From positions 1 through 42,509 of the IMG/VR virus record IMGVR_UViG_3300045988_081127: 42,509 nucleotides of DNA; one strand, written 5' to 3'. This DNA comes from a virus. Positions 7,427 through 16,436 of this stretch are shown here, one piece after another; position 1 is the stretch's first letter; every line of letters begins with the position of its first letter. The position numbers were made by a program, and so were the translations under genes. A model generated the notes under the pieces. It saw only the letters and a list, made by a program, of their open reading frames with translations. It was not told the origin of the DNA and ran no database searches.

Positions 7427-7626
7427 CAGAAGAACAAATGACCCAGCCCGAGGCCGATAAGGAATGTCACGACCGACACAGTCGCCCAAAAAAGACGGCA
7501 CTTGCGGCGCGTCTCGGTATCCATTTTGGCCTTCTCGGCCTTGAGTTTTTCGTAGGCGTCACGCGTGAGGTCTTCGGCCTTCACGCCGATTTTCTTAAGC
7601 CAGTTCTGGAAGTCTTCGCTGTTCAT
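7426..7626 (-). CDS. Small tail-anchored membrane protein in the lysis cassette (66 aa)
   Basis: AAGGAG SD before ATG 7626. C-terminal TM LFWATVSVVTFLIGLGLGHLFF. Its stop overlaps the Rz start. Confidence 0.5.
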   Translation of the reverse strand: MNSEDFQNWLKKIGVKAEDLTRDAYEKLKAEKAKMDTETRRKCRLFWATVSVVTFLIGLGLGHLFF

Positions 7627-7675
7627 AGCGTACTCCTTGAAAAAATAAAAACGTATTTGAGGATTTTTGCCTTGG

Positions 7676-8047
7676 TCATTTTTTGCAGTTGTCCCAGCGC
7701 GCTTTGAAGCCCCGGGCGTCAACATGGACAAAGCTGTCATACAGCCCGACGCCGCCGTCGGCGTTAAGGTCTAAACAGAGGTCCTGAAGTTCCGGGAGGT
7801 CTTCTTGATGCTCCGGCCGGATGTCGGCCGCGAGGCCCTGAACGTGGTAAGAGTTCTCCACGCCGCCGACAGCGCGATTGTGCTCAGGCGAGCGGTAGGC
7901 GCTATTGACGATGATCGGGCGCCCCCATGCCGTGCGGATTCGGTTCAATAAAAAAAGCAGCTCTGATCTGACTTGTTGCTCGCCGAACGGAGAGTGCTGG
8001 CCGTCCTTGCTTGCGAGTTCCTTTGTGTCAAAGTATCCGATTTTCAT
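7676..8047 (-). CDS. Endolysin, peptidase M15 (VanY/D-Ala-D-Ala carboxypeptidase-like)
   Basis: SAYRSPEHNRAVGGVENSYHVQGLAADI ... GVGLYDSFVHVDARG are Zn-ligand H/D/H motifs. Start chosen at MKIGYFD (8047); 8095 is possible. Confidence 0.8.
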   Translation of the reverse strand: MKIGYFDTKELASKDGQHSPFGEQQVRSELLFLLNRIRTAWGRPIIVNSAYRSPEHNRAVGGVENSYHVQGLAADIRPEHQEDLPELQDLCLDLNADGGVGLYDSFVHVDARGFKARWDNCKK

Positions 8048-8543
8048 GTTTCCCATCCTTCGGCTTTTCGCCGATCTCTTCAACTGTTTCGTCAAGCCGG
8101 GTATTGATCTGTTTGAGTGCTTTGCGAATGATTGCAGGAATGCACCCGCCGAGATTCATGCGGTCAAGGTTCTCAATGATGCTCATGAACTCTGTGAAGC
8201 CGTAGGCCGCTATGACAATTCCCTGAAACACTGCGAGATAGTTCAGCGTGTAGGAAAACTGCACGTCAAGGCCGTGCGCGAAGCCCACGACAATAAACAT
8301 CAGCCCCTTTTTCAAAAGCCCACGCGAGACTATCCGGCTCTCGAAGTCGCGATTGACGAACGCCGCCGCCATACCGGTCAATAGGTCTGCGGCGATAAAG
8401 ATCGCGAGCCAAATAATGAGCGGCTTGGTATCGAGTCCGAAGAAAAACGAAAGGGCGCCGGTAATGGCGCCCACTGCCGCGGCTACGATTTTTTCGGTGC
8501 CTCCCGGCAAAAAGTCAGTCGTCATGCGCACCCTCTCCGGCAT
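8028..8543 (-). CDS. Holin (Phage_holin_4_1-like)
   Basis: Several TM segments. AADLLTGMAAAFVNRDFESRIVSRGLLKKG ... FMSIIENLDRMNLGGCIP matches the remembered holin family pattern. Immediately upstream of the endolysin. Confidence 0.7.
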   Translation of the reverse strand: MPERVRMTTDFLPGGTEKIVAAAVGAITGALSFFFGLDTKPLIIWLAIFIAADLLTGMAAAFVNRDFESRIVSRGLLKKGLMFIVVGFAHGLDVQFSYTLNYLAVFQGIVIAAYGFTEFMSIIENLDRMNLGGCIPAIIRKALKQINTRLDETVEEIGEKPKDGKHENRIL

Positions 8544-8546
8544 TGA

Positions 8547-9098
8547 TTACTTGTTTCGGCCTGAGCCTTTTAGCGGGTGAAAATACACCCAGTGTTGTCC
8601 GTAAACATATCCCGGGACGGGCTCACCCCAAATTTTCCAGCCTGCGCCAATGCGAACGCACTTCCAAACGCCAAAAATTCGGTAGTGCTTTACGTAGTAA
8701 AACTGCCAGCAAACCGGCTTCCCGGCCCGGTAGACTTTCCACCGGCAGACGCCCGAAACACCCGATGTGTCGCCAATCGTCGGATCGCCGTCGACCTGCT
8801 TCACGTCTCCGGCCTGATGGTGAAATCCGATGACGTCAATGTTGAAGCCGTAGCCACAGTTTCGCCAAAGCCACGCCACCCGCCGGACGTATGTTGCAAG
8901 CGGGGCGGTTGATATGCCCCAGCGCGCAAGGTGCCCGGCGTCGCCGTCGATTGGGTTATCCGGCGTCTGCCACCACCAAAGCCACGAAGGCAACCAGCCG
9001 TCTTTGTCGGCAAAGAGCACGACGAACGGCGTAAGCAGACGTCCGAAAACGTCGAAGGCTAGGGACGCTGGTAAATAACAAAGCCATCTCAAGTACAT
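8547..9098 (-). CDS. Trp-rich membrane-anchored protein of unknown function
   Basis: N-terminal TM, then WLPSWLWWWQTPDNPIDGD. Start set at ATG 9098 (AGGTG SD), because the track start 9125 lies inside the terminator hairpin. Confidence 0.5.
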   Translation of the reverse strand: MYLRWLCYLPASLAFDVFGRLLTPFVVLFADKDGWLPSWLWWWQTPDNPIDGDAGHLARWGISTAPLATYVRRVAWLWRNCGYGFNIDVIGFHHQAGDVKQVDGDPTIGDTSGVSGVCRWKVYRAGKPVCWQFYYVKHYRIFGVWKCVRIGAGWKIWGEPVPGYVYGQHWVYFHPLKGSGRNK

Positions 9099-9110
9099 GG
9101 CAACACCTAT

Positions 9111-9133
9111 AAAAAAGCCCCTCATGGAGGGGC
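9111..9133 (-). terminator. Intrinsic terminator after the fibre-locus genes
   Basis: Minus strand GCCCCTC-CAT-GAGGGGC followed by TTTTTT. Confidence 0.65.
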
Positions 9134-9186
9134 GTAGCAGTCAGGGTACAAACTGCACCCCAGCTGAGGAGCTAATAAAAGGGATG

Positions 9187-10473
9187 TCAGTCTTCACCAA
9201 TGACCTTATCGGGCACGTGGCCGCCCGGCTTGGGCTTGGACTTGGTTTTCAGGTCTTCAGGATAATCAGGATCGGTCGGATCAGGGATATTAGGATCAGG
9301 CGGTTCCGGCGGTTTAGGCTGCGTATCCCCCCCTACAGTGTATGCGTCTACGTTTAAATAAAATAAACCAAACTCAGTGCCCCCGCCAAATAGCGAATAA
9401 TCACCAACAGACGTCGCGGCCAAGCCGCTCCTCGAGTGACTCAGATCCGTAGGGGTGCTATGAACGAGGGTCGCACTGTAAGCGTCTACTGTAGCGCTAA
9501 ACTGTGTTTCTCTAAAGAGACCACCACCAAACATCCCATAGTCTCCTACTGTTGCCGCGGCCAAACCGCCCTTCGCTTCGCTTAACGTTGTCGGAGAGGT
9601 CCGCACAAGAGACGCGCTGTATGCGTCTACTGTATCAGCGTAGTTGCCGCCACCAAACAGCGCATAGCCTCCTACAGACGTTGCGGCCAAGGAGCTCCTC
9701 GATCTGATTAACGCTGTAGGAGTGGTTCGCACGAGAGTTGCGCTGTATGCATCTACTGTATTAGTCTTAACATGCTCTTTGTTCTTTCCCCCCCCAAATA
9801 ACCCAAAATCCCCTGCCGTCGTCGCTGCGAGACTGTCCTTTGCTTCACTCAGAGGCGTGGGGGTGCTTCGTACAAGAGACGCGCTGTATGCGTCTACTGT
9901 ATCAAACGAAAGATAGATACCATCCTTCAAAACCAAGTAACCACCCCCAAACAGCCCATAATTTCCTACAGTCGTAGCCGCTAGGGTAGCCCTTCTCTCG
10001 CTCAGCTCTGTAAGTGTGGTCCGCACAAGAGACGTGCTGTAGGCGTCTACTGTAGGAGAATAAAGGTCAAGGCTGGTCACGACATCGGTGATATGCCCCC
10101 CACCAAATAACCCATAACCCCCCACAGTTGTGGCGGCTAGATCATACTTAGCGTCATTTAACTCTGCCGGAGTGCTACGCACGAGAGACACATTATAGGC
10201 GTCTACGGTAGACTGGTAAACGCCGCTATAGCCACCCCCAAACAGCCCATACCCCCCTACAGTCGTCGCGGGGAAGAACGCCCGCGCTTTGCTTAACGCC
10301 GTCACTGTCCCATAGTACGAAAGTTTCGACTCTGCTGAGAAAAACGGTCTCGCTTTCCCACCCACACCAACATAGGCCTTTTTGACTTTGCGCGCCTTGT
10401 TGGCGACTCCGGTGTAAATTTTCTTGACCTTGCGAGCCTTACCGGCCACGCCAACATAGCACGCTTTCGTCAT
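9187..10473 (-). CDS. Kelch-like 7-repeat (beta-propeller-type) protein, probable receptor-binding or fibre-associated
   Basis: Seven units LAATTVGxYGLFGGG...TVDAYSxSLVRxTPTxLSxxR. N-terminal triple VGVxGKARKVKKxY. Pro-rich C-tail. Confidence 0.6.
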   Translation of the reverse strand: MTKACYVGVAGKARKVKKIYTGVANKARKVKKAYVGVGGKARPFFSAESKLSYYGTVTALSKARAFFPATTVGGYGLFGGGYSGVYQSTVDAYNVSLVRSTPAELNDAKYDLAATTVGGYGLFGGGHITDVVTSLDLYSPTVDAYSTSLVRTTLTELSERRATLAATTVGNYGLFGGGYLVLKDGIYLSFDTVDAYSASLVRSTPTPLSEAKDSLAATTAGDFGLFGGGKNKEHVKTNTVDAYSATLVRTTPTALIRSRSSLAATSVGGYALFGGGNYADTVDAYSASLVRTSPTTLSEAKGGLAAATVGDYGMFGGGLFRETQFSATVDAYSATLVHSTPTDLSHSRSGLAATSVGDYSLFGGGTEFGLFYLNVDAYTVGGDTQPKPPEPPDPNIPDPTDPDYPEDLKTKSKPKPGGHVPDKVIGED

Positions 10474-10474
10474 A

Positions 10475-10603
10475 TCAGTAATCCTGCCCCGTGATTTCCT
10501 TAAACTGCTCTTTCGTGATGACGCCTTTCCTCACAGCAAGGCGAACCATCTGCGCCGTCCAAAGGCCTCTGTCGAAATTCCGTTTCACAAGCTCGTAAGT
10601 CAT
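10475..10603 (-). CDS. XkdX-like small protein (42 aa)
   Basis: Not in the track (<60 aa). MTYELVKRNFDRGLWTAQMVRLAVRKGVITKEQFKEITGQDY matches the remembered XkdX pattern. Tightly packed between neighbours. Confidence 0.55.
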   Translation of the reverse strand: MTYELVKRNFDRGLWTAQMVRLAVRKGVITKEQFKEITGQDY

Positions 10604-10941
10604 GCTACTTCCTCCATCGAAGCAAGATTCTGATATTCAAGTGCCGCCGCAATACGTTCTTCTGCTGACGGCGTTGTGTCCACTTTCGGCTCCGTGTTAA
10701 TGATCTCTTCAATCTTTGCAAGGGCCTCAGATTCAGAGAGCGCCGCGTCGATCTTATACATAGTGCGCATCGCAGATAAATTCTGAAACGCCCACATCAC
10801 CTCACCATTTTCGTCCGTTTCAACATAGTGAACGAACGCCAATGCGGCAGGGAACTGTTCAAGTACTGCGTCCTTCGTCGCTAATGCACCGTTGGGGAAC
10901 ATATAGGTTTTTTCCCCTGTGTACTTTTCTACCTTCTTCAT
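10600..10941 (-). CDS. Hypothetical protein (113 aa), XkdW position
   Basis: Follows the tail fibre gene. No motif recognised. Confidence 0.5.
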   Translation of the reverse strand: MKKVEKYTGEKTYMFPNGALATKDAVLEQFPAALAFVHYVETDENGEVMWAFQNLSAMRTMYKIDAALSESEALAKIEEIINTEPKVDTTPSAEERIAAALEYQNLASMEEVA

Positions 10942-10952
10942 TGTTACTCCTT

Positions 10953-13130
10953 TTACTCGTAAACTAAATAAAGCTCGCCGGTCGCTAATGGTGACGTTCC
11001 TGCCGTCAGGTCAGTGGTGCCGCTCGTGGCCTTGACATACCCCGAGTCATTTGTCAGCTGAGACGTCTTTGTCGGGATCGTCGGCTTGTTTTTGATCGCC
11101 GTCACCCCCGATGTCGCATTCCAGTCCGCCTGTTGCTGTGTCGTCAGGAACCCCGAATCATTCGTGAGCTGGGACGTTTTTGTCGGGATATCGCCCCTGA
11201 GGTTCGTGATGGCCGTTGCGTTGTCGGTAGCCTTCTTTTCAACTGCCGTCAGGCGCGTGCCCTGCGAAGTCACGTCAGCCGCAGAACCAGCACCAATATT
11301 AGCGCGTGCCTGCGTCTGTTGCGCCGCTGTCAGCGTCTGCGCGACGTACTTCACGCTATTGCTCTGATTCGCCTGCTCGGCGTAATACTTCGCAGAGTAT
11401 TTTGCCGTGGCGCCTGAGCCCTCAACCGGGCCATCCTCTTTTGAAGCCCAATCCTTCGCTTTTTGCGCAGAAGCAGATGCCTCGCCTGCCTTCGTGCTTG
11501 CAGTCGTAGCACTTCCCGCGGCCGCAGTTTTGGACGCATTAGCCGCAGTCGCAGAATTGGCGGCATTCTTTTCGGATGTGGCCGCCGCAGTCTTCGATCC
11601 TGCCGCCGCACTCGCAGAACTGGCCGCCGCAGTCTCGGATGTCTTGGCCGCGTTCTGCGAAACCTTTGCCGCGTCTGCTGAAGTCTTCGCCGCAGAGGCC
11701 GAACCAGCCGCCGCCGTTTTTGAAGCATCGGCCGCAGAAGCAGAACTAGCCGCCTCAGTTGCCTTCGTGCTTGCAGTAGTCGCACTACCGGCCGCCGCGT
11801 CCTGCGACGCTTTGGCCTTCGTTTCCGATGCCTTAGCGTTGTCTTGCGACGTCTTTGCGTGCGTCTCGGATGTCTTGGCCGCCGCCGCACTAGCCGCCGC
11901 CGCAGAGGCCGATGCCGCCACGGTATCCTGAGCGCCCTGCGCCGCTTCTGCTGATGCCGCCGCCGCCGATGCGCTTTCTGCCGCCGCGGTCTTTGACGCC
12001 GCCGCCGCGGTCTCGGACTTCTTCGCGTTGTTCTCAGACGTCTTGGCGTTCGTTTCGCTGGTCTTTGCCGCGCCTGCGCTCGTGGCCGCCGCGTTCTTGG
12101 ACGCAAGGGCGTTGGTCTCCGACGTCTTTGCCGCCGCCTCACTACCTGCCGCGGCATCCTGCGAAGCCTTGGACGCGTTCTCGCTAGCCTTGGCCGCATC
12201 CTGCGAAGCCTTAGCGGCCGCCGCACTCGATGCCGCCGCAGTCTGCGAAGCCTTCGCCGCATCGGCTGATGCCTTCGCCGCGCTATTCGAACTCCCGGCC
12301 TGCTGAGCGTAGTACTTCGCCGAGTAGTCGATCTCAGCGCCATCCGGCAGGTTGTTTTCTGTCACCTTGCCGTCGGTCTTCACAGCCCATGCCTGAGCGA
12401 GCTGAGCATTCCATTTGGACGAATAGCCGTCATCGTCGACGGCGCCCGTCATCAATGTCGCCCAGCGCTTAGACAGGTCACTGCTCGCCTTCGATTCGCC
12501 AGCAGATGCGGCGGAGTTCTGCGCCTGCGTCGTGGCCTCTGTGACCTTTTCGGTCATTACGGCCAAGTTCTGATTGATTTCCTCGCGGATGGCGTCCGTG
12601 TCAGTGACGGCCTGCATAGCAATTCGCTTCGCATCTGCCGCTGTTGCGTTCGCAGCATTGGCCGTTCCTACAGCTTGAGTCGCCGCGGCATTCGCATTAT
12701 CTGCCGTCGTCTGCGCGGCATTGGCCGCCGTGACTGCCTGCTGAGCCGTCGTAAGCGCAGAGGTGGATGTCGTTACGGCCTGAGCGGCATTGTTAGCCGC
12801 TTCTGTCGCCGTAGTGACGGCATTGGCGGCATTACTCTCCGCTGTCTTAATCCGGCCGTCAAACGTGTTAACAGTAGCGGTTAAGGCGTTGACCTTGCTA
12901 TTTGCAGAATTCGCAGTAGCAAGCGCCTCAGTCGAATTCTGCTGAGCCTTATTTGCCGTGTCGAGCGCTTCAGTCGCCTTTTTCAGCGCCTCGGTCGCGT
13001 CGCTCGTGGCATCGAGCATGTAATCGCCGAGGTTGTTAATCGCGTCCTCTGTCTGCGTAAGGACCGACTGCCCGCTTATGGCGCCGGTCGGCGTTTTGAC
13101 GTAATGGAATCGAAATTCTTTTGATGCCAT
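10953..13130 (-). CDS. Tail fibre protein with long Ala/Ser/Thr-rich repeat shaft
   Basis: AAKASQDAAKASENASKASQDAAAGSEAAAKTSETNA-type repeats. Duplicated C-terminal IPTKTSQLTNDSGF/Y motif. Confidence 0.8.
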   Translation of the reverse strand: MASKEFRFHYVKTPTGAISGQSVLTQTEDAINNLGDYMLDATSDATEALKKATEALDTANKAQQNSTEALATANSANSKVNALTATVNTFDGRIKTAESNAANAVTTATEAANNAAQAVTTSTSALTTAQQAVTAANAAQTTADNANAAATQAVGTANAANATAADAKRIAMQAVTDTDAIREEINQNLAVMTEKVTEATTQAQNSAASAGESKASSDLSKRWATLMTGAVDDDGYSSKWNAQLAQAWAVKTDGKVTENNLPDGAEIDYSAKYYAQQAGSSNSAAKASADAAKASQTAAASSAAAAKASQDAAKASENASKASQDAAAGSEAAAKTSETNALASKNAAATSAGAAKTSETNAKTSENNAKKSETAAAASKTAAAESASAAAASAEAAQGAQDTVAASASAAAASAAAAKTSETHAKTSQDNAKASETKAKASQDAAAGSATTASTKATEAASSASAADASKTAAAGSASAAKTSADAAKVSQNAAKTSETAAASSASAAAGSKTAAATSEKNAANSATAANASKTAAAGSATTASTKAGEASASAQKAKDWASKEDGPVEGSGATAKYSAKYYAEQANQSNSVKYVAQTLTAAQQTQARANIGAGSAADVTSQGTRLTAVEKKATDNATAITNLRGDIPTKTSQLTNDSGFLTTQQQADWNATSGVTAIKNKPTIPTKTSQLTNDSGYVKATSGTTDLTAGTSPLATGELYLVYE

Positions 13131-13133
13131 GAT

Positions 13134-14201
13134 TTACTCCGGCAACTTGACAAAATAGGCAAGACGATAGAACGGCGGGCGGTCTAGCGTGAGCGTCTGC
13201 GTCTCAGATGAGCTGGTGATTGTGTGCGTATGCCCTTTGCCTCCGCCCGTGTTATTGAGATTCATACTGTGGCTGTGGGTTCCGTCGTATGACGTGTATC
13301 CGCTCCATGAGCGGGCCGCGTCGAAAGCCACGTTGCGCCTCTCCCCGCCATCAGAACCTCTCGCACCGCGCTTGTTGTCACCTTCTCCGCCCCAAGTGAA
13401 TGCACCCCTAACTGGGAAATTGGTTCCGTCGAAGTAACCGAATTCGCCCGTGATGTTCATCGTGCCGCGGCCGTGCGCATGGCTACCCGTGGTCGATGTA
13501 TACCCGGTGTGAGTGTGCGCAGGAATCTGATCAATCGTCAGAATCGTCTCGCCGACCGTGCCGTTGACCGTGACCCCCGGCACTTGAAGGCTCAAGCCGC
13601 CGCCGGTTTTGCCTGCATCAGTAACACTGCTCGGAAGTAAAAACCGGTCGATGAGATTCGGCACATTCCCACCGCGGCCATCAGAACCGCCGTCGCAGAT
13701 GACGTAAGACTCATATGCATCGGTACTGCCCCACGGGATCAGCCTTCTTCCGTCCGAGCCGCCGAGCTTGCAGTTATAAAACGGCGTGATCTGCCCGGCC
13801 AAGACGCTGGGCAAATCCTGATTGCTCCAAACCGTTTTGTCAGCAGGGGGGTTAACAACGCCCTTGGCAGTCCCCGGGCCGTTTGCTACAAGACAGCGAT
13901 ACTTCACGCCTGCGCTAAAAACCTCGTTTCCCGGCTCATAATCCAGCGTAGCGGTGTATTGCATGACGCCGCCCTGCTGATACCACACAAGGAACTGCGA
14001 GAGCAGGTAAAACGCACCATTAAAGTCCTCGCGCTTCGGCGGAATGCCGCCCTCGCCGATCGGCTTGGAGTTGACGTCGGTCCAGCCCTTTGCCTGCGAA
14101 AAACGCCCTGTGCCTGCCGTCTGAGAGTCAGCCGGAGGGATAGTCTTGTCCCCGTCAGCCGCAAAGGCCGACGCCAAAAGTAACTGCGGATAATTGCTCA
14201 T
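13134..14201 (-). CDS. Tail fibre/baseplate-attached protein with His-rich tail-collar-like domain
   Basis: IPAHTHTGYTSTTGSHAHG...THSHSM...GHTHTI motifs. Lies between the baseplate and fibre genes. Confidence 0.6.
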   Translation of the reverse strand: MSNYPQLLLASAFAADGDKTIPPADSQTAGTGRFSQAKGWTDVNSKPIGEGGIPPKREDFNGAFYLLSQFLVWYQQGGVMQYTATLDYEPGNEVFSAGVKYRCLVANGPGTAKGVVNPPADKTVWSNQDLPSVLAGQITPFYNCKLGGSDGRRLIPWGSTDAYESYVICDGGSDGRGGNVPNLIDRFLLPSSVTDAGKTGGGLSLQVPGVTVNGTVGETILTIDQIPAHTHTGYTSTTGSHAHGRGTMNITGEFGYFDGTNFPVRGAFTWGGEGDNKRGARGSDGGERRNVAFDAARSWSGYTSYDGTHSHSMNLNNTGGGKGHTHTITSSSETQTLTLDRPPFYRLAYFVKLPE

Positions 14202-14236
14202 ATGTGGCCCATGAAAAGCCCCGCACGTGCGAGGCG

Positions 14237-14872
14237 TTAGAAGTCGTTGATTGTCCTGCCCGGATTGAAAACGCCCTGATCGAACGGCAACAGGTCAGAC
14301 CCTTCAAATCCAAAAATCTCCTCATCCGGATAGATGATAAGGAAATTGGTCATCACGCCTGCGGGTCGATTCAATAGCCCGTACGTCTGCAAAATCTGCG
14401 CCTGAATCTCCGTGATGCTCCCGATGATCACCACAGAATTTAAGCTCATGTCCCCATAGTCAACAACAAAGACGCGCGTACTCGTGAGCAGGGAAAGCAT
14501 TCGATTCATCGTTGCGCACGTCGAATCCGACACATTACAGACCGCGCGATACAACAGCAGGAAACGAAAATAGTCGTCATCAAACCGGACGTAATCGTCC
14601 TTGACCTTAATATAGCGGTCGATGCCGATGCGCTTGCCCCACCAGTCAAGAAACACGCCCTTTGCCGTCTCTACGTCGGCAACCTGTACCGCGATATCGT
14701 CAAGCTGGTCAGTTGCGTCGATCTCGTCCTGCAAAATCTTTCCGACAGCGTTCATGCGCGGGGCGTGCGCATACTGGCTTTGCATGGCCACAGACGCGTT
14801 ACTCGTCACATCGGCCATTTCGCGCACGTCTTCGGCTGATTCAAAGTTCTGCCAAGTCTGCGAATCGCTCAT
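14237..14872 (-). CDS. Baseplate wedge protein (DUF2612-like, gpI position)
   Basis: VETAKGVFLDWWGKRIGIDR motif. Directly downstream of the baseplate J-like gene. Confidence 0.6.
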   Translation of the reverse strand: MSDSQTWQNFESAEDVREMADVTSNASVAMQSQYAHAPRMNAVGKILQDEIDATDQLDDIAVQVADVETAKGVFLDWWGKRIGIDRYIKVKDDYVRFDDDYFRFLLLYRAVCNVSDSTCATMNRMLSLLTSTRVFVVDYGDMSLNSVVIIGSITEIQAQILQTYGLLNRPAGVMTNFLIIYPDEEIFGFEGSDLLPFDQGVFNPGRTINDF

Positions 14873-14875
14873 AAG

Positions 14876-16084
14876 CTAGCCCCCGAATGTCAGTGTTATC
14901 GTTTCAGGCGAGATTGTCGGCGACTCGTTCGCGGGCACCTCAACCGAGGCACCTAAGGCGCCCTCGTTCAGTCCTACAGTAATGGCCTTGACCGGCGTCG
15001 TCGTGGCGGCCTGCACGCATTTATAAAAGCGAGAGGCGTAGACCGTGCTCGCGAGAGTCACGCGCGAATTATCCAGCTCGCCTTGGAAGTCTTTAATAAT
15101 GGCCTCCTTGACTGCGGCCTGCGTCTCGGCATTCATGTCGGCGCTAAAAAACTCGACCTTTACGCTGAAGTCGACTGCCGTCGGGCGGACGATGCGATAC
15201 GTATACAAGGCGTTAAAGTGCTCTTTGTCGACGTGCTTGACTTCAGTCTCGCCGTTCGTCCCACACCCCCCGGACTTGCGCTCAAAGATCACACGGGCAA
15301 TGTCCGCGTCTTCGCCGCCAACAATGCACACGGCAATGGAATGTGGCTCAAGCTCAATGGAGTACATCGTCTTTTTCAGGTTCGTGTAGTTCTCTAAAAC
15401 GACACAATCGAGAACGCCTTCGAGCTGCGACAAATTGGCCTGAATGTTCGCGACTGTGCCGTTGGCGTTCATCGCGTAGGACTCTTTCATTCGGTTTCGC
15501 AATTCGCCATCCGGCTCAATGTCTCGACCCGTGGCGCCTGCGGCGGCATTGTTGACCGTATCCCAGCCCGCGACAACAGTCACGATCTTCGTCACGGTTT
15601 CCGCGCCGATTTCAATCGGCCCGTGCTCGACCGTTGCAAAGGTCGTTTCCATCGTGCCAGTATCACCGATGGCGGCACCCGCCACGGCAATGTGGCGCAG
15701 TTTATTTCCGTTCGCGTCCTCGACGATTGCTCCATACGGAATCACAGTGCCTCGCAGACCCGTACACGTGCAGACGACAACAGTCGGCTCGGATACTTTA
15801 CGCTCTAGCCCGTAAAGGTTCGCCAGTGCGTCGAGAAAGATGCCATGCGCGACGTCCGGATTGTATTGATTCGCCAAAAAGCCGACCTCGGAATTTTTGG
15901 CCTCAACCTCTGCCGTCGTCAGGTCAACAATCTGCCCGAGCGGCGAAGTTGAATCGACGTTGACAGGGTCGCCGTTGGCGGCGGCAGGCATCGCGTCCTG
16001 CACGGCCTTCGCCAAATCCTCGCGCACTTCACGCGTCGACGGAACGACTACACCCGTTTTCTGATTAAATGTAACTTGTGCCAT
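14876..16084 (-). CDS. Baseplate J-like protein
   Basis: 402 aa. Position and size within a gp25-like / J / I-like gene run. Confidence 0.65.
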   Translation of the reverse strand: MAQVTFNQKTGVVVPSTREVREDLAKAVQDAMPAAANGDPVNVDSTSPLGQIVDLTTAEVEAKNSEVGFLANQYNPDVAHGIFLDALANLYGLERKVSEPTVVVCTCTGLRGTVIPYGAIVEDANGNKLRHIAVAGAAIGDTGTMETTFATVEHGPIEIGAETVTKIVTVVAGWDTVNNAAAGATGRDIEPDGELRNRMKESYAMNANGTVANIQANLSQLEGVLDCVVLENYTNLKKTMYSIELEPHSIAVCIVGGEDADIARVIFERKSGGCGTNGETEVKHVDKEHFNALYTYRIVRPTAVDFSVKVEFFSADMNAETQAAVKEAIIKDFQGELDNSRVTLASTVYASRFYKCVQAATTTPVKAITVGLNEGALGASVEVPANESPTISPETITLTFGG

Positions 16085-16427
16085 GGCCGTACTCGGTTTC
16101 TATTTCGATGGTCCCGCGCAGGGTTCTTTCTTTCTTGTTCAAAACTTCAAGGTGGATCGCCGTTACCGCCAGCACGCCCGGCACGCTCAGCGCGGCCCGA
16201 CGCAGGCGGTCGGTGACTACCGCAACTTGCAGAGGCTTGCTGAGCTGATCCGTGAACCAGTCAATGCCCTCATCGTAGCGGAAATAAGCATCATGAAGGA
16301 ACAACCGGCACTCGTTGCAGACGTTCTGACAGATCGCCTCAACTTGGCCCAGCATCTTCAAATTGCCATTAGCGTCAAACTGCAAATCCCAGTCTGAAGA
16401 AAGCCCCAAAGTCTTCTGAGTGTGCAT
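16065..16427 (-). CDS. Baseplate wedge protein (gp25/W-like)
   Basis: 120 aa between the spike and the J-like gene. Confidence 0.55.
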   Translation of the reverse strand: MHTQKTLGLSSDWDLQFDANGNLKMLGQVEAICQNVCNECRLFLHDAYFRYDEGIDWFTDQLSKPLQVAVVTDRLRRAALSVPGVLAVTAIHLEVLNKKERTLRGTIEIETEYGHGTSYI

Positions 16428-16436
16428 CTCTTCCCC

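Noticed and set aside
11351-12343. 330-aa Arg/Pro-rich ORF and several Ala-rich ORFs in other frames of the fibre repeats
   Set aside because: These are alternative-frame artefacts of the GC-rich repetitive fibre shaft.
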